DNA of 64,000 nt, from NCBI GenBank assembly GCA_964644245.1, contig CAZXUR010000002.1:10555-74554 (forward strand), given 5' to 3'. The DNA comes from an uncultured archaeon (GTDB lineage Archaea; Aenigmatarchaeota; Aenigmatarchaeia; CAZXUR01). Position numbers and translations under genes: made by a program. Under the pieces are notes generated by a model that saw nothing but the letters and a program-made list of their open reading frames with translations, did no database searches and had not been told where the DNA came from. The stretch's first letter is position 1. Every line of letters starts with the position of its first letter. Shown one piece after another: positions 19,513 through 28,507 of the stretch.

Positions 19513-20766
19513 TTAACTAAAAGGAAACTTTTTTATTGCTATCAGGACTGCTACCGCTCCTGCTATCAATACGCCTAAAGTGACCGGTGAAAGGAAAGAA
19601 CCTGTGGTCCTGGGCGTAGACTCGAATATGTCCACTGTATGGTTCTCTTCCGTGGTATTACTTGACAACACATTAACTTGTTCCGGATTTCCTTCCGTTT
19701 CTTCTTCCTTTTCGCACTTACCTGCCTCCACTTCCACACCCACGTCCTTGTCCTTCCATTTCTTCCATTCATCGTCGTAGAGGTAGACCCTCCCCCTCAA
19801 GGTGTATTCACCCAGGTCATCACACCCCTCCTTCAAGTCTATAGTCAGGTTGAGCAAGACCTTTTCCCTCTTCGTTAATTCACTCTCCACCGCATATGCC
19901 GAATGCTTGTATTTGAAGTGGCTTCCGTCTGGTTCCCTGCAGATGTTTTTATGACCTCTATAGACGTAAGAGACGAACCTCATTCTCCCGTACTTGCTCC
20001 CGGAAAAGAATTCGTAGACCACATGATACTTCTCTCCTTGTTTTATGTATTCAGGGTGTTCCAGTACTTTGAAATATGATTTTGGACTGGTTCCGCCCGA
20101 ACTGCTTGAACTGGATGTGGATTGAGAATTAGTCGATGCGGTGGTGGTTGTAGTAGTCGTGGTGGTTGAAACGTTGGTTGTGTTGTCAGGGAGGGTGGTG
20201 GTTGTAGTGGTAGATGTAGAAGTTGTGGTTAGAAAAGAGTTTTCGCAACCCGGTGTACCGCCCAGGACCAGGGACTCTGACCATCCTCCGTCCTGCCTTT
20301 CCAAGGACATGCCATTCCCATTCCCTCCCCAAGTTTTTGAATAGTTTAGGGAATAGAGTAGGCTTCCATTATAGTCCAAGGTTATGTTTTGGAAGTCGTT
20401 GTTAAGGCCTCCGCAGATGGACGAAGCGTCCACGTGTAGAGCGAGGGACGGACTGACGTTGAAGTTGTCGTAGACCTCGGTCCCGGTCCCTCCGTCTGTG
20501 ACCAAGGCAAATCCTTCGGCAGGTATCAACAGCCCCTCTTCTAAGTAGACCTTGGAATCGTTGTGACTGATGTAACCCGCAAGCAGCTGGTCTCCGCACA
20601 CGCTCCAACCAGAGACGTTTAGTGCTTGCTCAGAAGGATTGTACAGTTCAAACCATTCGTTGTATGAGTCGCTGCCCTGTTCCGAGCAGGGGTTGTACAT
20701 GACCTCGTTTATTTGAGCCCTGGCTAAAGGCATCAGAACTAGCAACAAGCATACTAATTTCTTCAT
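19513..20766 (-). CDS. Secreted, membrane-anchored surface protein with an N-terminal lamin-tail-like domain and a Thr/Ser-rich linker
   Basis: Signal peptide MKKLVCLLLVLMPLARA. LTD-like INEVMYNP...NEWFELYNPS...NVSGWSV. Linker TTTSTSTTTTTTLPDNTTNVSTTTTTTTTTAST. C-terminal TM VTLGVLIAGAVAVLIAI. About ten N-x-S/T sequons. Confidence 0.6.
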   Translation of the reverse strand: MKKLVCLLLVLMPLARAQINEVMYNPCSEQGSDSYNEWFELYNPSEQALNVSGWSVCGDQLLAGYISHNDSKVYLEEGLLIPAEGFALVTDGGTGTEVYDNFNVSPSLALHVDASSICGGLNNDFQNITLDYNGSLLYSLNYSKTWGGNGNGMSLERQDGGWSESLVLGGTPGCENSFLTTTSTSTTTTTTLPDNTTNVSTTTTTTTTTASTNSQSTSSSSSSGGTSPKSYFKVLEHPEYIKQGEKYHVVYEFFSGSKYGRMRFVSYVYRGHKNICREPDGSHFKYKHSAYAVESELTKREKVLLNLTIDLKEGCDDLGEYTLRGRVYLYDDEWKKWKDKDVGVEVEAGKCEKEEETEGNPEQVNVLSSNTTEENHTVDIFESTPRTTGSFLSPVTLGVLIAGAVAVLIAIKKFPFS

Positions 20767-20817
20767 AGAAGCTGTTTGCAAGAACCAAAAATATAGTTAT
20801 TTGACCACTGTCAGTGG

Positions 20818-21738
20818 TTAACCCCCGTACACATCTCCAGTTTCTTCTTCCTCTGTTTCCACGTCTTCGAATTCGACACTGAATACCTTTATCTCGTTGC
20901 CAAAGTTTTTGACTAAGTCAAAGTGTTCCAATGCAATGCCGTTGTAAAAGTACATCTCAGTGAACATGGAATGGTCTAATTCCGGAGGCATGTATATTAC
21001 TTCTGGGTATATGCGTCCTTGACCAAAGGAGGCGGGCGGAGACACCCACAGAGTCCCTTCTATGGGTGCTTTGGGATTTGTAGTCTCGTATGGGGTGTTG
21101 TTGTAGAAAATCGCCAAGTTCTGGATTTCATAGTAGTTTCCGTTCTGTAGGAGGAAAGGCCTCAAAGCGGACTGATTCTCTATCAGGACGAACGCGTTTC
21201 CTCCGCCTATGGGATATTTGTAGGTTATGGCATTCTGCCCTTGGATGGCTCTGGGCGGGTTCTCTTGCGGGTCTTCTATTTTTGCATGGGCGTAACTGGA
21301 AGGTTTTCCATTCTTGGTTTCAGGGTCCCAGGTCGCCAGATAGGACCAGGCCGTGGATTTTCCAATCAAATCGCTGGAGGCTATGTAGTACATTTGACTA
21401 CAATTACCCAAATAACCTTCGAGTATGGACACCGCCTCTTCTTCGTCCTCAGTCAGGAGAGTGGTGCCTATTTCCTGCGCGACCCTGCCTATCTGAGTCG
21501 CACCGTCGTTAGTCACTTTCCTCTCCCCTAGTTGGGTTATCAAGTGTCCTGGGTCCCACCAAGTCGCAACCACCGTGCATTCAGGAGTCTCCTCCCTGAA
21601 CCACTCCATGGTATCAATCCAGTTCTGGGATGTGGAAGTGCCGTAGTTGGTCGCAAGGGAATATGCCGGCTGGAACATGGATATGAGTGCCTGGGCAGTG
21701 ACTATCAGTGCGATTATAAAGAACCAGTTACTCTTCAT
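20818..21738 (-). CDS. aglB: Oligosaccharyltransferase AglB/STT3, C-terminal piece (last TM helix plus catalytic soluble domain)
   Basis: Motif VVATWWDPGHLITQLG (WWDxG), preceded by one TM helix NWFFIIALIVTAQALISMF. A GGAG lies 8 nt upstream of the ATG at 21738. The track starts at the GTG at 21747. Confidence 0.7.
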   Translation of the reverse strand: MKSNWFFIIALIVTAQALISMFQPAYSLATNYGTSTSQNWIDTMEWFREETPECTVVATWWDPGHLITQLGERKVTNDGATQIGRVAQEIGTTLLTEDEEEAVSILEGYLGNCSQMYYIASSDLIGKSTAWSYLATWDPETKNGKPSSYAHAKIEDPQENPPRAIQGQNAITYKYPIGGGNAFVLIENQSALRPFLLQNGNYYEIQNLAIFYNNTPYETTNPKAPIEGTLWVSPPASFGQGRIYPEVIYMPPELDHSMFTEMYFYNGIALEHFDLVKNFGNEIKVFSVEFEDVETEEEETGDVYGG

Positions 21739-23035
21739 CACTGGCACTCCTTATTTCTGAATATTTCAGCACGTAGTTCCATGCCATTGAAAATCCTATG
21801 CCCGCAGCCAGTGTTATTGGAGGGGTGAGGAGGAGTATGAATCTGGCTGCCTGTTGGGAAGGAATCAGAGGACCAATCATCCATACGGATAGCAAAATCA
21901 GTGCTTCTGCGTACTTTTTGCGCATAAAGGCAAAATAAGCCAGCGCGAACAGCACTACAATCGCCACGTAGAACAGAGGGATTCCTATAGGCAGCAGAGG
22001 AATTGGGAAGAACTGTCCCACTCTCCCAGACGTCTCTTTGACTAAGTCTCCGGGTGCCTGCATCTCAGCCACGGTTTCCCAGACGTTGGGATAAATCCCT
22101 GCCCCTGCCTTGAATTCCTCCGTGAAAGAAATGACGTCAGTGGGAGAAGGTACTCTTCTGAAACCTATGAACGGGACCGTCACTACGAGAAAAGCCGCTA
22201 GTACCAACAAAAATATGAAAACCCTTGACTTTATCTCGGGTAGTTCTTGTTTCAAGTTCTCTTGGAAGGTCCCTGTACCTTTGCTGAAAATAGCTATGTA
22301 TAAGGTGTGTAAAACCACAAAACCCAACATCAACCAGAATGCATACCAGTAACCGTTCCATGTGAAGGCAAAAGCTGCGAGGAATAAACCGCAGAGAATT
22401 GCATAAAGCAACGGCTTGGGTTTGGTGGGTTTTTCAGGGTCTAACTTATTGTAAGAGAGGAGAAAAAAGGCAAATATCAACAGAGGAAACAACAAGACCA
22501 GAGAGTCGGTGTCGAATATCCCTGCCATGGTCCTGGTAAGGTATCCGGGCGAAACCGAGAAGAAAAATGCGGCAAAAAGTCCCGCCATCCTGTCGAACAG
22601 TTCTCTGCCTATTATATATACCGGGAAAATACATAAGGCAGCCATGATGGGAGTGAACCAGAACGCGTAGCGGAGAAAAGGCATTCCAAAACCAAATATT
22701 GGATAGGACTTCGCCAGCAGAGTGCTCATGAACAGGTCTTCAGGCGGGATGTACCTGCCTTCGGGCCAGGGTGCCTTGCTATCCCAAGTCTTTTCACTCA
22801 AATCTTCTATAATTGAAGTGCCGGACTCAAGTTTCATCTCGGCAAATCTGAAGTGCCAGAAGGAGTCCGGCTCTATGAAATGTGAGTGCTGCATGGTAGG
22901 AAGGCGTACGAAAACAGCAAGGAAAAATATGAGGGCTAAAACTGCCCAAGTAGCATATGTCTTGGTGTCCTTCCCCAAACTGAATCCCTCAAAACCCTTA
23001 AGGTTCTTCAAGTCTAGTTCTAATTCTTCCCCCAT
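21728..23035 (-). CDS. aglB: Oligosaccharyltransferase AglB/STT3, N-terminal polytopic piece
   Basis: 435 aa. STT3-type loop motifs FIEPDSFWHFR, AGIFDTDSLV and WETVAEMQAP (TIxE-like). The ORF ends at a TAA inside the start region of the next ORF, in a different frame. Confidence 0.7.
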   Translation of the reverse strand: MGEELELDLKNLKGFEGFSLGKDTKTYATWAVLALIFFLAVFVRLPTMQHSHFIEPDSFWHFRFAEMKLESGTSIIEDLSEKTWDSKAPWPEGRYIPPEDLFMSTLLAKSYPIFGFGMPFLRYAFWFTPIMAALCIFPVYIIGRELFDRMAGLFAAFFFSVSPGYLTRTMAGIFDTDSLVLLFPLLIFAFFLLSYNKLDPEKPTKPKPLLYAILCGLFLAAFAFTWNGYWYAFWLMLGFVVLHTLYIAIFSKGTGTFQENLKQELPEIKSRVFIFLLVLAAFLVVTVPFIGFRRVPSPTDVISFTEEFKAGAGIYPNVWETVAEMQAPGDLVKETSGRVGQFFPIPLLPIGIPLFYVAIVVLFALAYFAFMRKKYAEALILLSVWMIGPLIPSQQAARFILLLTPPITLAAGIGFSMAWNYVLKYSEIRSASDEE

Positions 23036-23373
23036 CAGTTCTCCTCCAAAGCCAACTTTCTCACGATTTTTTTAACGTCCCTCTGAGTCTTTACCAGAAC
23101 GTGGAAGTTGTAGAAAGTTGCTGCCAGTATGACGAAGACAGCAATCACTACATACAAGTCTAGGACCCTGACCACTACCAACGGGCTCTTCAGGCTTGAA
23201 ACCACTCCCGGAAACAGTGTTCCCAGTACTAATCCAGACCATATCAGGAACCAGACCACAAAAGAGTTAAGTCCTATGTCCTTCTTCTTGTAATAAATAT
23301 AGGTGAAGTAAATCATTGCCAAACCAAAGACTAGACCTATGATCTGAATTCCTATGATGTCGCCTAAGACCAT
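23035..23373 (-). CDS. Small 4-TM membrane protein (DUF2304-like GT2 partner)
   Basis: About 112 aa from the ATG at 23373. Its size, topology and position directly downstream of a GT2 gene resemble the DUF2304 family. The family name is from memory only. Confidence 0.4.
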   Translation of the reverse strand: MVLGDIIGIQIIGLVFGLAMIYFTYIYYKKKDIGLNSFVVWFLIWSGLVLGTLFPGVVSSLKSPLVVVRVLDLYVVIAVFVILAATFYNFHVLVKTQRDVKKIVRKLALEEN

Positions 23374-24011
23374 ATTTTCCACCAAAACATCTTCAACACT
23401 ATTTTCAGACCATCAAAAACTGTGGTCCCTTTGTACTTGTCTTCGTACACAGTTTCTATTGGTAACTCCTTATAACTTAACTTATTTATTCCTATGTTTT
23501 TAACTATTTCAGAACAGAAAACGTAGTGTGAGGAATGCCATTTCAAATCGTCCCAGACATCTTTCTTGAATGCCTTGAACCCTGATTGGGTATCCACTAT
23601 ATCAACTCCGAACAAGAGTTTTGAAGCCAGATAAATGAAGGAGTTACCCAGACGCTTGGTGAGGGGCATCTCTGAGAAGTCTCTGGAGCCTATGACCACG
23701 TCCGAGTCTCCCTCCAGTTCTGATACCAGAACGGGTATCTTTTTGGGATTGTGCTGTCCGTCCGCGTCTATGGTCACTATGATGTCCGCGCCTTCTTTGA
23801 GCGCAGCCTCCACTCCGGTCCTGGTGGAAAAGCCAGCTCCCTGGTTGACCACTTGTCTCAAGACACTAGCACCGGCCTTTTCCGCCTTCTCAGCCGTAGA
23901 ATCCGAAGAAGAATCGTCCACCACAAACACATTCCCGTGCTTCTTCGCTTCTCTAACCACCTCAGAAACGCCTTTCTCCTCGTTGTAAGCAGGCATGACA
24001 ATCCCTATCAT
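23364..24011 (-). CDS. Glycosyltransferase GT2 (soluble, polyprenyl-phosphate hexosyltransferase-like)
   Basis: 215 aa. Motifs IVMPAYNEEKG, VFVVDDSSSDST and TIDADGQHNP. Confidence 0.8.
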   Translation of the reverse strand: MIGIVMPAYNEEKGVSEVVREAKKHGNVFVVDDSSSDSTAEKAEKAGASVLRQVVNQGAGFSTRTGVEAALKEGADIIVTIDADGQHNPKKIPVLVSELEGDSDVVIGSRDFSEMPLTKRLGNSFIYLASKLLFGVDIVDTQSGFKAFKKDVWDDLKWHSSHYVFCSEIVKNIGINKLSYKELPIETVYEDKYKGTTVFDGLKIVLKMFWWKIWS

Positions 24012-24042
24012 GAGAAAGATTAAGGAGAAGAGTTTAAAAGAT

Positions 24043-25017
24043 TTAAACTACGGTCTTTATCGGTTCTGCTCCTTCTTCTTTCAAGGCCTCTGCAATACTT
24101 TCCTGGCTTTTTCCATTCTTTGCCAAAGCCACGAAAGAACCGTTGCCGCCAGCTCCAGTCCACTTGGCGCCCAAAGCGCCTTTCTTCCTAGAAATATCCA
24201 GACATTCATAGAGCCTCTCAGAGTCCAGCTCCTCACAAAAATTCTTCAACGTCCCATAACACTCCTGGTTCTGGTCCATGAGTTTTCCAAACCGTTGGTT
24301 ATCGTTGTCCAACAAAGCCTCTCTCCCTTCCTTGGTTATCTCGGTTATCTTTTCAAATGCCTTTACCAACTCAGGTTTCCTGTCCCTGTAATACTCGTTC
24401 AAAGTGTTCAGTATATTCTTGGTGTCTCTCTCGCCTTCAACCTGTCCTATCACCAGATGCAGAGGCTTTGACTCAACACTTTTCACAGAGAAGGGGGAGA
24501 ACTCTATGTACACTACTCCTCCATATGCAGAGGCAGTCTGGTCCATTTTTCCGCATTCTATGCCCAGAACGTCATGCTCTGCTCTGTAGGCCGTGTCTAT
24601 TATTTCATCTCTGTCCAAACCAAGAGAAAATGCCTTATTGAAGACTTTGGCCGCTCCTACTGATAGGGCTGCTGAGGAGGATAGGCCTCGTCTCATGGGT
24701 AGGTTTGATTTTAGACGTAAATCAAGTCCTTTCAGTTCATGACCCGAATCTTCTAAAGCCTTGGCAACCGCTTCCACGTATCTCATGCTTCCCTTAAAAC
24801 TATAGTCGCCCATATCAAATTCTTCTCTGGTTTTGGAACCGTGAAAAATATTTTTTGCTTCAAGGACCACCTTTTTGTCTTCCCTGGGCTGGTAATTGAA
24901 TTTAATGCCTTGCTCTATGCCCGCGGCCAGTGAGCAGTTGCCTGCCCAGTCGTTGTGGTCTCCCAGCAAACATACCCTGCCATTAGCCTCCGTTGAATTC
25001 TTCTCTGATTCTCTCAT
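24043..25017 (-). CDS. GHMP-family sugar kinase (galactokinase-like)
   Basis: RVCLLGDHNDWAG resembles the GalK signature GEHxDY. GHMP motif PMRRGLSSSAALSVGAA. Confidence 0.7.
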   Translation of the reverse strand: MRESEKNSTEANGRVCLLGDHNDWAGNCSLAAGIEQGIKFNYQPREDKKVVLEAKNIFHGSKTREEFDMGDYSFKGSMRYVEAVAKALEDSGHELKGLDLRLKSNLPMRRGLSSSAALSVGAAKVFNKAFSLGLDRDEIIDTAYRAEHDVLGIECGKMDQTASAYGGVVYIEFSPFSVKSVESKPLHLVIGQVEGERDTKNILNTLNEYYRDRKPELVKAFEKITEITKEGREALLDNDNQRFGKLMDQNQECYGTLKNFCEELDSERLYECLDISRKKGALGAKWTGAGGNGSFVALAKNGKSQESIAEALKEEGAEPIKTVV

Positions 25018-25669
25018 AATCCGACAGCCTCCCCACGTCGTAGTATTTTACGCCTTCCTCCTTGTAGAGTGAGATTCTCTCTTCCGATGAAAGCATCTTT
25101 GGAAAAACATCCTTGGAAAAATCAAGACCCGGTCCCAAGTATTCTAGAGCCTTTTTACTCAACACGAACACTGGACAGTTGACAAGGAAAGGTAGTTTGG
25201 GCTTTTCCTTGATTTCCTTCACAAAACCGTTCTCTTCCTCTATGACTCCGAACTCCACTGGGACTCCTTTGACTCCGAACAGGGTAGCAATGGTCTTTTT
25301 CTTTTTGTGTAGTTCGACCATTTTCTTCAAGTCCATGTCAGTCAACGTGTCCCCGTAGTAGACCACAAACGAATCTCCCTTCAACAGGTCTTTAGCCGCG
25401 AAGACCTCGCCTGCAGTGCCTTGAGGCTCTTTGGAACGAGAGTACTCTATATTGACTCCGAACCTGGATCCATCGTCAAAGTAGTTCTCTATCTGCTCTC
25501 CCAGATGTGAAACCGTGATTATTATATCTTTCATTCTGTGTCCTTTCAGGTATTCTATTATGTGTTCCAAAACCGGCTTTTCATCCACCGGAAGCATGGG
25601 CTTCGGGAGGTAGTATGTCAAGGGTCTAAGCCTCGTGCCCCTTCCCGAGGCAAGTATTATTGTCTTCAT
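24983..25669 (-). CDS. Sugar-1-phosphate nucleotidyltransferase
   Basis: N-terminal ILASGRGTRLRPLTYYLPKPMLPV, the G-x-G-T-R-L signature. Confidence 0.85.
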   Translation of the reverse strand: MKTIILASGRGTRLRPLTYYLPKPMLPVDEKPVLEHIIEYLKGHRMKDIIITVSHLGEQIENYFDDGSRFGVNIEYSRSKEPQGTAGEVFAAKDLLKGDSFVVYYGDTLTDMDLKKMVELHKKKKTIATLFGVKGVPVEFGVIEEENGFVKEIKEKPKLPFLVNCPVFVLSKKALEYLGPGLDFSKDVFPKMLSSEERISLYKEEGVKYYDVGRLSDYERIREEFNGG

Positions 25670-25746
25670 GAAAAGAGTTAGAGGTCAATATTTTTATATT
25701 GTATGTCGGGTTGTGAATCTTTAATAGTTTTTTGTCATTTATTGTT

Positions 25747-26436
25747 ATGATTTCGATTTTAATTCCAGCGTACAACGAAGAGAGGAGAATAGAGCCGTTT
25801 CTAGATGAACTGAAGGTTTTTCTAAAAGGTTACAAGGAACCTTACGAAGTAATACTGATTGACGATGGTTCTGTTGACAAGACTGTGGAAATCGTCAGGT
25901 CTCATTCGATACCCAATCTCAGGACAGTTTCGCATGAAAAGAACAGGGGCAAAGGAAAGGCGATAAAGACAGGAATCATGGAAGCCAAAGGAGAAAAGAT
26001 AATTTTCCTGGATGCGGATGGCGCAACTTCCCCGAAAGAGATACCCATGATGAGTGAATATCTAGAAAAATACGATTTTGTAGCAGGGAACAGGAAAATG
26101 AAGGGTTCCAAGGTCACCAAGAAACAGCCCTTGCACAGGATTATCGCTAGTTTTATCTTCAACACCATCACCAGGGCTCTTTTCGATATTGGGACTAATG
26201 ATGCCTTATGCGGTTTCAAGGGAGTAAGAAGAGAACTTGGTAAAAAATTAGCGGAGGATATGATTTCTGACAGTTGGGAATTCGACGTTGAATTGCTCGC
26301 CAGGGCAAGGAAGGAAGGTTGTGAAATAGGTAATCTGCCAATAGAATGGCGTGACGAGAGAGGCTCTCGCCTGAACACTTTCAAAGACCCTCCAAAGATG
26401 TTATACCGGTTGATAAAGTTAAGGGGAAAATTATAG
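25747..26436 (+). CDS. Glycosyltransferase GT2 (dolichyl-phosphate glucosyl/mannosyltransferase-like)
   Basis: Motifs ILIPAYNEERRI, ILIDDGSVDKT and FLDADGAT. I prefer the ATG at 25747. Confidence 0.8.
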   Translation: MISILIPAYNEERRIEPFLDELKVFLKGYKEPYEVILIDDGSVDKTVEIVRSHSIPNLRTVSHEKNRGKGKAIKTGIMEAKGEKIIFLDADGATSPKEIPMMSEYLEKYDFVAGNRKMKGSKVTKKQPLHRIIASFIFNTITRALFDIGTNDALCGFKGVRRELGKKLAEDMISDSWEFDVELLARARKEGCEIGNLPIEWRDERGSRLNTFKDPPKMLYRLIKLRGKL

Positions 26437-27495
26437 ATAATAGTCTCCAAACTTGGTCCAGAGTTCCTGTCTGTTCCTCGCGTACTTCTTCCAGTATGAT
26501 CCGTACTTCGTCTTTAGCATCCGGTCCCTTCTTTCTCTGCCCTCCAGGATGTACCAGGCAGTGTTGTATATTTGAGCGGTTCTCCTTATGATTTCAAATA
26601 ACGGGGTCTCGAAGAACAATTTCTCCATACCCTTTCTTCTCAGGAACATCTCTGCCCCTTCGACTATGTTATACCTCGCAGGTTCGAAATCCACCTCAGG
26701 CGGTTCATCACCGACAGTCCTGTACTTCATGTCTCCGAGTCCTTTATCATGACAGAGTTTTATGTATCCGACCGTCTCAGGGTCTATACCCATAAGGTTT
26801 GCCAGAAAAGTATCCATAGAAACCATATCTTTGGACGCGAACACGTACCCAAGCTCTTTGGGCATCCCTAACTTAGGCCCCTTTCCTTCCATACATATAG
26901 TCCCATCCGCAACTGCGAACTTCATCTTGTCTTTCAAAAAATTATTCACATCGTACAACGCCTCATTTATCCTCAAGTGATAGTTCAAACGCAGTTCATG
27001 TATGCACCCCCACTGATTCTTCAGCGCGCATGTCATTTGGGTTATCATGTGTGTTTTCACTATCGGTAAGGTTATGATTGCGTCTGTTTCCAGTAAAGTT
27101 TCGGGTATCATCAGTTTTTTTATTGCAAGACCGTCTATCTTTATGTTCCTATAATCGTCCCTCCCTAGACTAACGCACTCAGCGTTGAACTCATCGGCAA
27201 GCTTGTGTATCCCGAGGTTCCTGAACCCCCTGTCTGCGTATGCTCCGGCAGAAGTGTTTGCTTCCACTATGGTTATGTCATCGAATTTCTTGGACACTTC
27301 CTGCAACACACCTCTCACGACACCAGGGTTTGTGTCAGCCCCGGGATAGAGGAGGTCCCATACGAAATTGGGCTTCAGAACGAGCTTCTCTCCCTTTACA
27401 TGTCTTTTCCAATTACAAAGTCTCATCGCCCTTCTAGTTGCTTTCTCTATAAACTCCTTGCCCTCGCCTACTTTGCATACGGAGACTTTAGACAT
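26431..27495 (-). CDS. DUF362-like protein
   Basis: LVLKPNFVWDLLYPGADTNPGVVRGVLQ resembles the DUF362 N-terminal pattern. I prefer the ATG at 27495 (MSKVSVCKV). Confidence 0.5.
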   Translation of the reverse strand: MSKVSVCKVGEGKEFIEKATRRAMRLCNWKRHVKGEKLVLKPNFVWDLLYPGADTNPGVVRGVLQEVSKKFDDITIVEANTSAGAYADRGFRNLGIHKLADEFNAECVSLGRDDYRNIKIDGLAIKKLMIPETLLETDAIITLPIVKTHMITQMTCALKNQWGCIHELRLNYHLRINEALYDVNNFLKDKMKFAVADGTICMEGKGPKLGMPKELGYVFASKDMVSMDTFLANLMGIDPETVGYIKLCHDKGLGDMKYRTVGDEPPEVDFEPARYNIVEGAEMFLRRKGMEKLFFETPLFEIIRRTAQIYNTAWYILEGRERRDRMLKTKYGSYWKKYARNRQELWTKFGDYYL

Positions 27496-27496
27496 G

Positions 27497-28507
27497 TTAC
27501 CAATTCCTGCATCCCTGGCAGAGCTTTGACCTTCTCTCAATCAAATCCTTCCTAAACTTTATAAAGTCCCCGGAGTACCAGATATCCTTGAAATCCTGCT
27601 TAATTATGTTCCCTATGGAGTGTTTCTTCCTGTCCAAAATTACACAGCAGGGAGTCACCTCACCGTCCCAGGACACGTACAGACCCTGCCAAGGCCACCA
27701 GCATTTTCCGCCTTCCTTGAAAATGACCCTTGTCCTTCCTCTCTTGATTTTTCTCTTCACTGAATTCAGTTCCTCCTGGGTGATGAAGTTTCCTTTGATG
27801 AAGTCTTTATCGTACCTCTCCTTGTAGTCCGGGTTCACCCGCATGACACGGAACACCACTTCGTCTATCCCCAAGTCATCCGCGAACTCCACGAACTCAT
27901 GTATTTCCTTGAAGTTGTTCCTCATCACCGTGACCCAGAAGGATATTTTCAAGTGCGAATCCTGCTTGTTCCTCTGTTTCACTAGTCCTTGAATATTGGT
28001 GATTACGTTGTCGAACTTTGCACCCCTGCGTATCTTCTCGTACACCTCTTTTTTGTGCGAGTCCACGGACACCACCACTTCGTCCAGACCACTTTCTAAG
28101 AGTCTTTTCACGTTCTTTTTACTGAGCAATGTACCGTTGGTGACTACTGTGGTGTCCACGCCCTTGTTATTTGCATAACTTATCATATCAAACAATTCCT
28201 CGTTCAACAGCGGTTCTCCCTGTCCCTGCAACTGCACTCCGTATAACAGCGGGAGCTTGTCCATAACCGACTTGAATTCTTCCAAAGACATGTCGCCCCA
28301 GGGCTTCAGTTTCTTCCTCACACACATGACGCAGTCGAGGTTGCATCTGGAAGTAGGTTCGACCTGCATCCAAACTGGCTGCGAGTTCAGGGGTCTGGGC
28401 AATCGGAACAAAGATAAAAATATGTTTTTGAGCACTTTGAACCTTCTTGAGACACTCTGACCTCTGGTATTTTCCCAGAAGTTCCTCAGATAGTCTATTT
28501 CCCTCAT
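27497..28507 (-). CDS. Radical SAM protein with a C-terminal SPASM-type Cys-rich domain
   Basis: Motif EPTSRCNLDCVMCVR (CxxxCxxC). C-terminal Cys-rich segments CWWPWQGLYVSWDGEVTPCC and CQGCRNW. Confidence 0.8.
   Translation of the reverse strand: MREIDYLRNFWENTRGQSVSRRFKVLKNIFLSLFRLPRPLNSQPVWMQVEPTSRCNLDCVMCVRKKLKPWGDMSLEEFKSVMDKLPLLYGVQLQGQGEPLLNEELFDMISYANNKGVDTTVVTNGTLLSKKNVKRLLESGLDEVVVSVDSHKKEVYEKIRRGAKFDNVITNIQGLVKQRNKQDSHLKISFWVTVMRNNFKEIHEFVEFADDLGIDEVVFRVMRVNPDYKERYDKDFIKGNFITQEELNSVKRKIKRGRTRVIFKEGGKCWWPWQGLYVSWDGEVTPCCVILDRKKHSIGNIIKQDFKDIWYSGDFIKFRKDLIERRSKLCQGCRNW

Noticed and set aside
20141-20344. Poly-Val ORF on the plus strand
   Set aside because: It is the antisense reading of the poly-Thr linker (ACC/ACT repeats) of the surface protein gene.
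21728-21747. Calling the split aglB a pseudogene outright
   Set aside because: Both parts retain all the catalytic motifs I can recognise. The junction also has an RBS-like GGAG and an overlapping stop/start arrangement. It is therefore reported as two CDSs with the pseudogene/indel alternative flagged.
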